Shown: positions 17,618 through 27,472 of the stretch, piece after piece
Layout of the letters: each line of letters begins with the position of its first letter
Numbering within the stretch: position 1 is the stretch's first letter
From: a virus
Lineage: Duplodnaviria > Caudoviricetes
IMG/VR virus record: IMGVR_UViG_3300033402_000781
Coordinates: 1 to 39,337 of that record
Reading direction: 5' to 3' (one strand)
Length of the DNA: 39,337 nucleotides
Position numbers and translations under genes: made by a program
The notes under the pieces: generated by a model
The model's database searches: none
The model's input: only the letters and a program-made list of their open reading frames with translations
What the model was told of the DNA's origin: nothing

Positions 17618-17775
17618 ATGACCAGCTTCCGCTATCCACTACCTGAAGCAGAACCTACCTCACCATGGGGTGGTTTTAGTGATGAAGCCAGAACTGCTCT
17701 TACTCGTCTAGCTATGGGCCCAAGCCCAGCTAACCAGTTACTTACACCAGATGGTAATGGTGCTGAGGGGTTGAG
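17618..17775 (+). repeat. 158-bp perfect inverted repeat (5' end of target B), partner 14088-14245
   Basis: Identical reverse complement of 14088-14245. Confidence 0.95.
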
Positions 17776-18574
17776 TAGTGAAGTACAGGTCTGGGCTAGC
17801 GAAGCATTAAATAACCTGAGCAACTATTTTGACACATGGCAGAACTATGATGGCCAGCTTGGAGTAGCAAAATCAGTTTCGGTTGGCGAGCTAGCTGCCA
17901 ATAATCCAAATTTAGTTAGTAAGCTCACTCATCTATATGAGACAAAGCAAGCCCTGCTAGCAAGCGGCGAGTCTACACCTGAAGGTACAAATATCGGCGA
18001 AACTATGCGTTTGGCACTAGTGCCTTGGCAAGAGATGAGGAATCACTTAAGTGATTTTGATGAATGGGTAGATGGACTTCGGAATGCCCAAGGCCTTGAT
18101 AGCGAAGATTATATAAATGAAGATCTGCTAGCAGCTATAAAAGGTAACAGTCCTTTTTACAGGGATTCTGTTACTCCGTCTCAATTATTGACTGCCAGTC
18201 AGTACTTGGATAAAAAAATTGCCGAAGATGGGCCAGTTGGCGTTATGCTTGTGCAAACTAGCGACGCTGCCGGTATTGAGCGTCTCGTAGGTCAAAGCCC
18301 CGATCAAATGACTAGTGATGGCTCACAGCATTTGGAAGTGGCAGGAAGTAATGTTGATAGTATGGGTGTATTTGAGTGGATAGCTTTGACACTACAATCT
18401 GATCCTGCACAGCTTTCAAGCGATGACTATTCCTGGATGTTGGCAAACCGTTTAGACGTTAGTGGCGATCCGCACGTGCCGTTTGGCGGCTGGGACGGTG
18501 GCCGGGTCAGGTCGCTCTTGAACTGGGCTGGCAGCCAGGTTGGCGATGTGCGGGTTCGCCTCGCAGTGATGTAA
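17618..18574 (+). CDS. DGR1 target protein B (C-terminal variable region)
   Basis: 3' end carries VR2; 9 nt after the MoxR stop; first 53 aa identical to target A. Confidence 0.9.
   Translation: MTSFRYPLPEAEPTSPWGGFSDEARTALTRLAMGPSPANQLLTPDGNGAEGLSSEVQVWASEALNNLSNYFDTWQNYDGQLGVAKSVSVGELAANNPNLVSKLTHLYETKQALLASGESTPEGTNIGETMRLALVPWQEMRNHLSDFDEWVDGLRNAQGLDSEDYINEDLLAAIKGNSPFYRDSVTPSQLLTASQYLDKKIAEDGPVGVMLVQTSDAAGIERLVGQSPDQMTSDGSQHLEVAGSNVDSMGVFEWIALTLQSDPAQLSSDDYSWMLANRLDVSGDPHVPFGGWDGGRVRSLLNWAGSQVGDVRVRLAVM
18459..18569 (+). repeat. DGR1 variable repeat VR2 (remote, opposite orientation to TR1)
   Basis: 16 adenine-specific differences from TR1 (11 A>G, 4 A>T, 1 A>C). Confidence 0.97.
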
Positions 18575-18692
18575 GACTTTTATTATTTAGTAATTAGTTC
18601 TTCCTTTTCTTCTTTTTATTACTTATTGTTATCGAAATTTTTTGGAGATTTTGGGCTGGACTTTCATCCCCTTACTGATACCTTTGTCCTTG

Positions 18693-20054
18693 ATGAACCC
18701 ACCAGAAATACAACTCACCAACACCTCAGCCTTCCAGCTGCCTAATGAAAAGAATGGCAAGCCAGTCCAACGCACTGATTTAAAAGCAAAACGGGTTGAG
18801 TACTGTCTTTATGCAAGGAAGTCCAGTGAAGATGACGAAAGACAAGCACTTTCCATCGACTCGCAGCTAAAAGAAATGGCAATCCAGGCTGAAGCGCAGG
18901 GACTTCGAGTTACAGAAATCAGAAAAGAGAGCCACTCAGCTAAACAATCAGGCCAAAGACCGGTTTTTGAAGGGATAATAGCTGATGTGCGGAGAGGCTT
19001 GTTTACCGGCATATTGAGTTGGGCACCAGATAGATTGAGTAGAAATGCTGGAGATTTAGGTGTCCTAGTGGACTTAATGGATCAAGGCAGACTGATAGAG
19101 ATCAGAACCCATGGTCAGGTATTCACTAACTCTCCTAACGACAAATTCCTGCTGATGATTCTTTGCTCCCAAGCTAAGCTAGAGAACGATAATCGAGGAA
19201 TTAACGTCAAGCGAGGCATGAAAACCAAGTGTGAGCTGGGCTTTAGACCCAATATGACGCCGCTAGGCTATCTTAATGACCACTATTCAGGCAAAGGCCA
19301 AAAGCAAGTCTTTGTCGATGAGACAAGAGCCCCTCTGATAAAGGAAGCCTTTGAGAAAGTGGCTGCTGGTGCAAGTGGCCGAGAAATCTACGATTGGATG
19401 AAAGAGATAGGTTTTAGAACTAAAAGCGGTAAATGTATAACTTTAAGTGGTGTCTATCGTATGCTGAATAACCCGTACTACTGCGGCATCTTCGAGTTCC
19501 CGATGGGCAGCGGTAAATGGTACAAGGGATCATACACACCGATTATTTCAAGAGAGCTATTCGATGCAGTTCAGAAGCAGATGGAAGTAAATCCAAAGAG
19601 TAAGCCGGGTACTAAGCAGTTCGACTACACCAAACTACTGATATGCGGTGGTTGTGAGTCTGGTGTTACTGCTCAGGAAAAGCTTAAAAGGCACAAAAAC
19701 GGAACTGTTAGCCGGTATGTGTACTATCACTGCACTCAATCAAGGAACTTTGACTGCCCTCAGGCTTATATTCGGGAAGAAAAACTGGCTGAGGCCTTCG
19801 TTAGACTGCTAGACAAGATAACAATCGAGGAAATCGAAGCCAAAGTAGGTTTAAAGAATGAACTTGATAGATTTAGGCGCTTATCGTCTGCTGTCCTAGG
19901 ATTTAACGGTACTGAAGGACAGCCAGAGATCAGCCTCCATAACTTCGCTAAATACATTCTTACAGAAGGCACCAGGGGCGAAAAGCGAGACCTGATAGCC
20001 TGTCTTAATCAGACGATTTATCTCAAAGACAAAGAACTAATCACTCAAATCTAA
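18693..20054 (+). CDS. large serine recombinase (second family)
   Basis: YCLYARKSSED, SWAPDRLSRN, TPLGY, CGGC...YYHC..CP; start set at ATG 18693. Confidence 0.93.
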   Translation: MNPPEIQLTNTSAFQLPNEKNGKPVQRTDLKAKRVEYCLYARKSSEDDERQALSIDSQLKEMAIQAEAQGLRVTEIRKESHSAKQSGQRPVFEGIIADVRRGLFTGILSWAPDRLSRNAGDLGVLVDLMDQGRLIEIRTHGQVFTNSPNDKFLLMILCSQAKLENDNRGINVKRGMKTKCELGFRPNMTPLGYLNDHYSGKGQKQVFVDETRAPLIKEAFEKVAAGASGREIYDWMKEIGFRTKSGKCITLSGVYRMLNNPYYCGIFEFPMGSGKWYKGSYTPIISRELFDAVQKQMEVNPKSKPGTKQFDYTKLLICGGCESGVTAQEKLKRHKNGTVSRYVYYHCTQSRNFDCPQAYIREEKLAEAFVRLLDKITIEEIEAKVGLKNELDRFRRLSSAVLGFNGTEGQPEISLHNFAKYILTEGTRGEKRDLIACLNQTIYLKDKELITQI

Positions 20055-20237
20055 AAGCCAGCCAAGGAGTAAAGTTCCAGAAACTTTGGTATTTAAGGAG
20101 TTATCAAGAAGTTCCAGTCCTAGGTGGGGTCAACCTAAATCAAGCCCTTGAGACAAGCAGAAGACTTCTGACGGAGCCTTCTGTCCTCTTTGATTGTTCT
20201 TGGGTATTCACTGACCCCTGTAAAAGTTCCACTTTCT

Positions 20238-20331
<94 letters not shown>

Positions 20332-20367
20332 AGTATGTAGACATTATATTAAAGTTTTACCACGAAA

Positions 20368-22743
20368 CTAATCTTTTGGTATTTCAAGATCACTGGCATC
20401 AAGCCTGACATGATCACCCGACAGTATTTGTTTTTGCAATATGTGCCTGGCAATACTGTCTTCTACTGCACTTTGTAAGACTCGTTTCATGGGTCTGGCA
20501 CCAAGTCGAGGATCGTAACCTGCTTCGACAATTTTATTGATTGCTGCTTTAGTTAGTTCAACGGATATATTCTGATTGCTTAAAGTCTGATTAATCTGGT
20601 TCAGCATTAAACCAACAATTTGAGATAGTTCATTCGGCAGTAGCGGCCTAAAGAGAACTACTTCATCAAATCTGTTCAGCAGTTCTGGCTTGAACTGACC
20701 GCTGCTAATAAGATGGTCGGCAAAAGCTTTTTCAAAGCTCTCCAAACTCTCACCCTTCTCCACCCTGTCCCGTATTTCCTGGGCACCAGCATTAGAGGTG
20801 GCGATAATTATACAGTCTTTAAAACTGGTTGGCCGGCCGTTATCGTCAGTCAGCTGACCCTCGTCTAATAACTGCAGCAGCAGATTGAGTATATTTGAAT
20901 GTGCTTTTTCAATCTCATCAAGCAAAACTACGCTAAATGGTTGTTTCCGGACCGACATTATTAAACTGGATGATTCATTCTTTCCATTGTCAAGTATGCG
21001 TTTAACATCTTCTGCCTGCTGATACTCACTCATATCCAGCCTTATAAGGCTATTTTCACTGCCAAAATACTCAGCAGCTAAAGATTTAGCCAGTTCAGTT
21101 TTACCAACTCCCGTAGGACCTAAAAACAGGAAGCTGCCTATAGGACGATGCGGGTCAGCTACTCCTGCCCGGGAACGTCTTAAGGCTGATGCCACTACAT
21201 TCACAGCCTGAGTCTGGTTGATCATCCGCTGGTGTATACGGTCTTCCAGATGAAGCAAGGCATCTGCCTCAACCGGAGCAGCCGAGCCAGTCTTCACTCC
21301 AACAGTTTGCTCGATTGTTTTCTGTATAGAGCCTGCAGTCACGATTTTGTCTGAGGCATTAGATACAGCTTGCTCGAGCAGCGTGATAGCTTTACCAGGG
21401 TACGCTTCATCCTGGTTGTATTTACCGCTCAGCCTGTAAGCTTCGATCAAAGACTCAAAAGTGATCAGTACTTTATTCTGACCTTCGAGCTTAATAGCAG
21501 TGTCCTCAAGTATGCGCATTACCCCGGCTTTTGGCTGTTCGGTGAGAACAATAGGTGTAATGAGGCTGGCTAAAGCCGGCGACGAGGTTTTAAGCCCTTG
21601 GTATTCTTCAGGCGTGAAAGCTAATATAAAGTGTACTCTGCCGCTCTGGAGTATTGGCAAAAGCACATTACTAGCGTTAAAGGAGCCCAGACCCTCAGTG
21701 AAAAATAACTGGGAATTCTCTAAAAACAGAATAATATGCCCAGCTTTGGCAGCTTCATTTGACAAACTGTTGATAAGATACTCTATGTCACCAGTCTTCT
21801 TGGTGTTGGTCAGAATGAAAGCAGCATCCAAGCTGATAATCTGGTGATACTCCAGCGACTGCTTGGTCCTTCCTTCTATAAGTTTTTGAGCTAGAGCATA
21901 TACATGACTCTTTTTACCTATGCCTGCTGGGCCTATTAAGGCTACTGCTCCGGCGTTATTATTAAAAGCTGCTTCGATGGCTTGAACGCCACTGGAGTTA
22001 GTAAGCCAGCCGAAATTAGATCCGTATTTGGCAATAGATAAGCTAATATTATCGCCAAATCGATTAAGCATTGGTGTAAAACCGAATGCCCAGTCCCGGC
22101 CAATACCGCCGAAGGATTGTTTACCGCGTTTCATATTTTCTGACAACCGGCCTAACCAACTAGCCACTTCAGATATATCTGATGGCTGCAGTTTAGAATG
22201 AATTAAGAGTTCCTTAACTGAGGGTGAACTAGAGAGTAAACCAGCTGCCACATAGCCCAGCTCAATAACAGGGCTGTTATTTTCCTCAGCTAATTGAGCG
22301 GCAAAGGTTAAGGCCAGATTGAGATCATTCTCATGGTTACTTAAATTAAGATCTGCGGCATTTGGTGGTATCAGCAAGTGATTAGTAAGGAAAACAACCT
22401 GCCAATGGCCGGCAATACTTTGCCAAAGTGCACTAGGCGTCATTGCCTGGTTTGGCTTTAGCCTGGACAAAACATCAACAGATAACTTGCCGTCCAGGCT
22501 CTTCCCTTCCGGTGGTAATACCGAAAGGTCACGCTTGTACCAGGTAGATAACATATAACAGACAATAGTTAGGGCAATTAAGAGGTAGATAAAGTGATAT
22601 TGCTTAGATAAAACAAGCCCGATGATCGCTACTAAACTAATGTAGATAATAACTAGCAGCAGGTCATACCCTAGGCGTCCTATATGGCCTGCCAGGCGGG
22701 CTTTCTTAGCCCTGGTGCTACGGAGATCTATAACAGGTTTCAT
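20368..22743 (-). CDS. ClpA/B/C-like ATPase with N-terminal transmembrane helices
   Basis: Second AAA intact (GPTGVGKTE, RLDMSEY, LLDEIEKAH, PELLNRFD, GARPMKR); first AAA degenerate (GPAGIGKKS, FLENSQ); two N-terminal hydrophobic helices. Confidence 0.88.
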   Translation of the reverse strand: MKPVIDLRSTRAKKARLAGHIGRLGYDLLLVIIYISLVAIIGLVLSKQYHFIYLLIALTIVCYMLSTWYKRDLSVLPPEGKSLDGKLSVDVLSRLKPNQAMTPSALWQSIAGHWQVVFLTNHLLIPPNAADLNLSNHENDLNLALTFAAQLAEENNSPVIELGYVAAGLLSSSPSVKELLIHSKLQPSDISEVASWLGRLSENMKRGKQSFGGIGRDWAFGFTPMLNRFGDNISLSIAKYGSNFGWLTNSSGVQAIEAAFNNNAGAVALIGPAGIGKKSHVYALAQKLIEGRTKQSLEYHQIISLDAAFILTNTKKTGDIEYLINSLSNEAAKAGHIILFLENSQLFFTEGLGSFNASNVLLPILQSGRVHFILAFTPEEYQGLKTSSPALASLITPIVLTEQPKAGVMRILEDTAIKLEGQNKVLITFESLIEAYRLSGKYNQDEAYPGKAITLLEQAVSNASDKIVTAGSIQKTIEQTVGVKTGSAAPVEADALLHLEDRIHQRMINQTQAVNVVASALRRSRAGVADPHRPIGSFLFLGPTGVGKTELAKSLAAEYFGSENSLIRLDMSEYQQAEDVKRILDNGKNESSSLIMSVRKQPFSVVLLDEIEKAHSNILNLLLQLLDEGQLTDDNGRPTSFKDCIIIATSNAGAQEIRDRVEKGESLESFEKAFADHLISSGQFKPELLNRFDEVVLFRPLLPNELSQIVGLMLNQINQTLSNQNISVELTKAAINKIVEAGYDPRLGARPMKRVLQSAVEDSIARHILQKQILSGDHVRLDASDLEIPKD

Positions 22744-23105
22744 AATTTAATTACTCCGATCACCAGAAAAACAACAAACGCTGGAGGCAGAAATGGCCAA
22801 GCAACTAGTTCTATAAAACTAAGCAGTAATACTAGAGCAAGAGTAATTGAAGCTGCAATGAGGACCAGTAATCGTACAGTGAATCCGATAAAGCGGCTAA
22901 TTAAATTATCTATAGCGGCATAAAAATGGGCTTGAATACTACGACCAGGAAGGCTGATGATCCTTCGCCAAGGTGAGAATAAAGTACGCAGCAATGTTGC
23001 AACTGAGAAATAAGCCAGTACACGACTAGTTCTCTTTTTAAAACTATTTAAAACTGTGGCCCATCCTTTTTCATACCACCAGCTCAACATGCTTATGACT
23101 GACAT
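22740..23105 (-). CDS. small membrane protein coupled to the Clp gene
   Basis: SWWY...FSVATLLRTLFSPWRR...ISRFIGFTVR with hydrophobic C-terminus; ATGA overlap with the Clp gene. Confidence 0.8.
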   Translation of the reverse strand: MSVISMLSWWYEKGWATVLNSFKKRTSRVLAYFSVATLLRTLFSPWRRIISLPGRSIQAHFYAAIDNLISRFIGFTVRLLVLIAASITLALVLLLSFIELVAWPFLPPAFVVFLVIGVIKL

Positions 23106-23158
23106 ACCATAATTCTATCACCTAGCATTAAATGGGACGACATTGCAAACTGTCCGGC

Positions 23159-23307
23159 TGGCGGAACACTCGGGTCTGGAACTTTCCACCTATTCTAGAC
23201 CTTTCTTCCGTTCTAACAGAAATGAGACACAAACACTAGATCTGTCTCATTTCTGATGGCATTATATCTTAAAATGAGACAAATGGGACACTACTTTGCC
23301 CCTATGT
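23159..23307 (+). repeat. 149-bp element left-end repeat, copy 2
   Basis: Direct repeat of 1042-1190 with 6 mismatches, starting with TGGCGGA. Confidence 0.9.
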
Positions 23308-23383
23308 TCCGTCTGCATTTGCTATCCTAATTACTTTATTGCCTAAGAAGTTAATTAAAATCACTCTAACAGAGATGAATAAG

Positions 23384-23412
23384 TTGACAAGTGTCTTAAA
23401 ATATGCTAATGT
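23384..23412 (+). promoter_or_regulatory. sigma70 promoter of the DGR2 target gene
   Basis: TTGACA-17-TAATGT with TG extension. Confidence 0.65.
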
Positions 23413-23461
23413 GTAAGAAGTAGAACAAAAATTAAAACTAACTATAGATCATAATACTATT

Positions 23462-25501
23462 ATGCAAACACCAGGCAGCCAATTTCTACACGAAAGAAAC
23501 CCAAACCTTCACTCTTCTCAGGAAGTTGAAGGAGTTGTTGGCTATCTGCGTGCTGGAGGAGAATCTATCCCTAATGAGCCATCAGACAAAATCTCTGCTT
23601 ACCTAGGTTTTTTAGCCAACGGAGATTACGTTAATGACGGTATTCTTACAGGTGATCAGTCTAGTATTGACCGACAGATAGATGCTCATGTTATAAAAAC
23701 CGAAGATGTTCCAGAAAGCTATTTTGAACTTCAAAGGCGTATAGCCAGGGAGCAAGGACACGGTGATATTAACATTACCCGCGAAATGCGCGAACAAATG
23801 ATTGAAGCAGCTCAAGCAGACCAACGAGTTGGACTAAGCAAATGGGTAGAGTATCTTGGTGGCGAGGATGGAGGCTATCCAGATTGGTTTAAGCACTATA
23901 CCTTTAGTTCTGTTACGAAAATAGGTGGTTTCGATAAAGAAAAAGGCGAATTTCTAAAACGAAGCAAAGGTACAACTGCTCCTTACCCTGAACTTAACCG
24001 TGAAGCACTAGCCTACGTTTATGATGTCCTGAACAAGTCAAGGGTACAGGGTGAAAAAGTTGATGGCGGTGCTAGCGATGAGCAACTACAAAAACTACTG
24101 AAAGGTGCAAACTTCGGTAGACTTTACGCTCACGCTGTTCTGGCCACAGCTCCAACCTCACCCGAATTGCTAAAAGACACTCATGGCTCTTGGACAAAGT
24201 TTAATCAAACAAATGACCCTCGAACTGCCCGACGTTTGTCTGGATCCTTACAGGGTCACGGTACGGGTTGGTGTACTGCCGGTGAAAGTACAGCCAAATC
24301 ACAACTGAGTGGTGGAGACTTCTACGTCTACTATACCCGTGACGAAGATGGCAAAGACACCGTCCCACGAGTAGCTATTCGTATGCAAGAAGGTACTGTC
24401 GCAGAGGTTCGTGGCATTAACGCCACTCAGGAACTAGAACCAGAACTTGCGGATATAGCTTCCGAGCAACTGCAAGACCTGCCTGGAGGCGAAGAGTACA
24501 TACGTAGAGCCGAAGACATGAAACGTCTAACCGCTATTGATAAAAAGATAACTGCTGATCGCAGTGCCCAACTAAGTAAAGAGGAAATACGCTTCTTGTA
24601 CGAATTTGACCATGAAATTCAGGGCTTCGGCTATGAAACTGATCCAAGGATTGCTGAAATTCGTGCCAAGCGAGGTGAACTTGACTACCCTGAGCTAAAG
24701 GTTCTAGCAGTTGAACACCTAAGGGAGAGTTTTGAAGCTGCATATACCGGGTACAACGCTATAGCCGCAGAACTTAATAAATTGCGAGCCTCAAGACCTC
24801 ATCCTAAACGCTTATTCGGTAGACGTTCTGTTGAACACAGCTTAGGTGAACAGATACCAATACTTAACCGTGAACAAGTGACCAAACTGTATGAGCAGAA
24901 ATTGGCTGAGTGGCGAGAAAATGGCGTACTTGACTATGTCGCTGAACGAATTGTTACACACGGTGAACGTCATACACCAATTGCTCGACCAAACATCGTT
25001 GCCTCTACTGACGAGCTAAAGGAATTAGCGCACAACTTTGCCAAGGGTCAGGGTTGGGATGAGGCATACATCTATCATGCACTATACGATGCCTATACGA
25101 CTAACGAAGAACTAGCTCAGTTGTCTGGTTTCCATGAGAATGGTGATCCAGTAGAATTTAGCCTGATTCCTAATAAGTTTTCTGACGAACTTGGTTACAA
25201 AACAGCTGAAGAGCAACGTGGAATATTGAATACTCTAAAGGCTCAAAGTCCAAAACTTAATAGACACATATCTAGTGTATTAGATGGCTTAAGCCTGTGG
25301 TTTACCCTGCGAGCCCAAGGTGATCGCCTAAAGAGTGGTAATGTCTACGACCGTACCGGTATTCGTCATATAGATGTCCCTGAAAAGCGCGTGGACGGCG
25401 ACGATCGTGTGCCTGGCTCGGCTGTGGGCGATGTTGGCGGGCCTGGTCTGAGCGGCTCGTATGCTCGGGTTGGCGGCGATGCTCGTGTCTCGGTGGGGTA
25501 A
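23462..25501 (+). CDS. DGR2 target protein (679 aa; GTGWCTAG-containing N-terminal domain, C-terminal variable region)
   Basis: 3' end carries VR3; central SLQGHGTGWCTAG..GGDFYVYY..PRVAIRM..EVRG motif block. Confidence 0.9.
   Translation: MQTPGSQFLHERNPNLHSSQEVEGVVGYLRAGGESIPNEPSDKISAYLGFLANGDYVNDGILTGDQSSIDRQIDAHVIKTEDVPESYFELQRRIAREQGHGDINITREMREQMIEAAQADQRVGLSKWVEYLGGEDGGYPDWFKHYTFSSVTKIGGFDKEKGEFLKRSKGTTAPYPELNREALAYVYDVLNKSRVQGEKVDGGASDEQLQKLLKGANFGRLYAHAVLATAPTSPELLKDTHGSWTKFNQTNDPRTARRLSGSLQGHGTGWCTAGESTAKSQLSGGDFYVYYTRDEDGKDTVPRVAIRMQEGTVAEVRGINATQELEPELADIASEQLQDLPGGEEYIRRAEDMKRLTAIDKKITADRSAQLSKEEIRFLYEFDHEIQGFGYETDPRIAEIRAKRGELDYPELKVLAVEHLRESFEAAYTGYNAIAAELNKLRASRPHPKRLFGRRSVEHSLGEQIPILNREQVTKLYEQKLAEWRENGVLDYVAERIVTHGERHTPIARPNIVASTDELKELAHNFAKGQGWDEAYIYHALYDAYTTNEELAQLSGFHENGDPVEFSLIPNKFSDELGYKTAEEQRGILNTLKAQSPKLNRHISSVLDGLSLWFTLRAQGDRLKSGNVYDRTGIRHIDVPEKRVDGDDRVPGSAVGDVGGPGLSGSYARVGGDARVSVG
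25386..25499 (+). repeat. DGR2 variable repeat VR3
   Basis: 114 nt ungapped against TR2: 27 mismatches, 26 at TR adenines (22 A>G, 3 A>T, 1 A>C) and one T>G. Confidence 0.97.
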
Positions 25502-25541
25502 AAACTTAATCCTTGTTACTTAATTTGTTTCTTTTCCCTTT

Positions 25542-25561
25542 ATCTTTGCTTTAGCAAAGAT
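25542..25561 (+). other. DNA hairpin downstream of VR3 (candidate DGR target-recognition stem-loop)
   Basis: ATCTTTGC-TTTA-GCAAAGAT, 8-bp stem with 4-nt loop, 40 nt after the stop codon. Confidence 0.5.
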
Positions 25562-25816
25562 CGAACGCGGGTTTTGTTAAAATATCAATTAAGAGGTAAG
25601 TAATCCAAGGGCTGATTTTAGCCTATCGGTGCCTCAAGGATTGCTTGTAAACACATGTTCTTAATGAACTATAGGCTTCGTTTAAGATGTTTACACAACC
25701 AGAACCTTCCCAATACCCCACGAATTGCTGCCAAGGAGTTCGCAGTTGCGGACTGAGAATAGTTAAAGAAACTATCTACACGTAGATAGTGGAGTGAACC
25801 TGGCGGAATTATAGCG

Positions 25817-25930
25817 AGCACGTAGACGGCAACGATCTTGTGCCTAACTCGAATGTGAACGATGATGGCAAGCCTAATCTGAACAACTCGAATGCTCGGA
25901 ATGACAACAATGCTCGTGTCTCGGTGAAGT
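25817..25930 (+). repeat. DGR2 template repeat (TR2)
   Basis: Adenine-rich copy of VR3 with 11 AAY codons. Confidence 0.97.
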
Positions 25931-25942
25931 TTGGGAAGTTAC

Positions 25943-26261
25943 CTAGTCTACACTTTTACGCCAGCCGCCAATCTGGCGGCGAGCTTCGGTTAATTTGGCT
26001 TGGATTTTTAATACATTGGTTTCGTTTGTTAGTTTTAGTTCTAAAATTGCTCTCAGCTTTAAAGCTGTTAGTTCGCTTGCAGCGTCAGCATTAATAAGAT
26101 AAGTTGCTTTGAGTGGTTTAGGGGCATGCTTGGCTAGAATAAGCTGTTCTAAGATATTGCTACAGCTTGCAACTGCAGGTTCTGCTAAAGTGTGACGATA
26201 CTTCTTATCTATGGTGGTACTAAGAGTAACTAGCTTTTTATAAATTTCATAAGTAGTAGTA

Positions 26262-26281
<20 letters not shown>
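25943..26281 (-). CDS. avd: DGR Avd protein, antisense to RT2
   Basis: MEELSVITTTYEIYK...KHAPKPLKATYL...NETNV...IGGWRKS, homologous to 12436-12780; start set at ATG 26281 by alignment. Confidence 0.85.
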
Positions 26282-27293
<1,012 letters not shown>

Positions 27294-27294
27294 A

Positions 27295-27456
27295 TCAGGA
27301 TTGTCTTCGCTCTTGCGTATCTTTTTGTTCACTTTTCGGGTTTGATTGTTTAAGAAATTTATCAAAGAGGTAGTTAAATACGTCGTCAACGGCTGTCATA
27401 TCAGGGGTGGCAACCTGGACGTATTTAACCTTTGGTTTAGTTTTTGCTTTCGGCAT
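27295..27456 (-). CDS. small conserved protein (53 aa), paralog of 1219-1332
   Basis: MPKAKTKPKVKYVQVATPDMTAVDDVFNYLFDKFLKQ plus a 16-aa extension; translated by hand. Confidence 0.65.
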   Translation of the reverse strand: MPKAKTKPKVKYVQVATPDMTAVDDVFNYLFDKFLKQSNPKSEQKDTQERRQS

Positions 27457-27472
27457 GACTACATTGTAACAA

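Noticed and set aside
25801-25807. Another TGGCGGA heptamer just upstream of TR2
   Set aside because: No flanking arm motif or homology boundary; a 7-mer is expected by chance in 39 kb
25840-26094. 84-aa Asn-rich ORF
   Set aside because: TR2 read-through into avd antisense; not a credible protein
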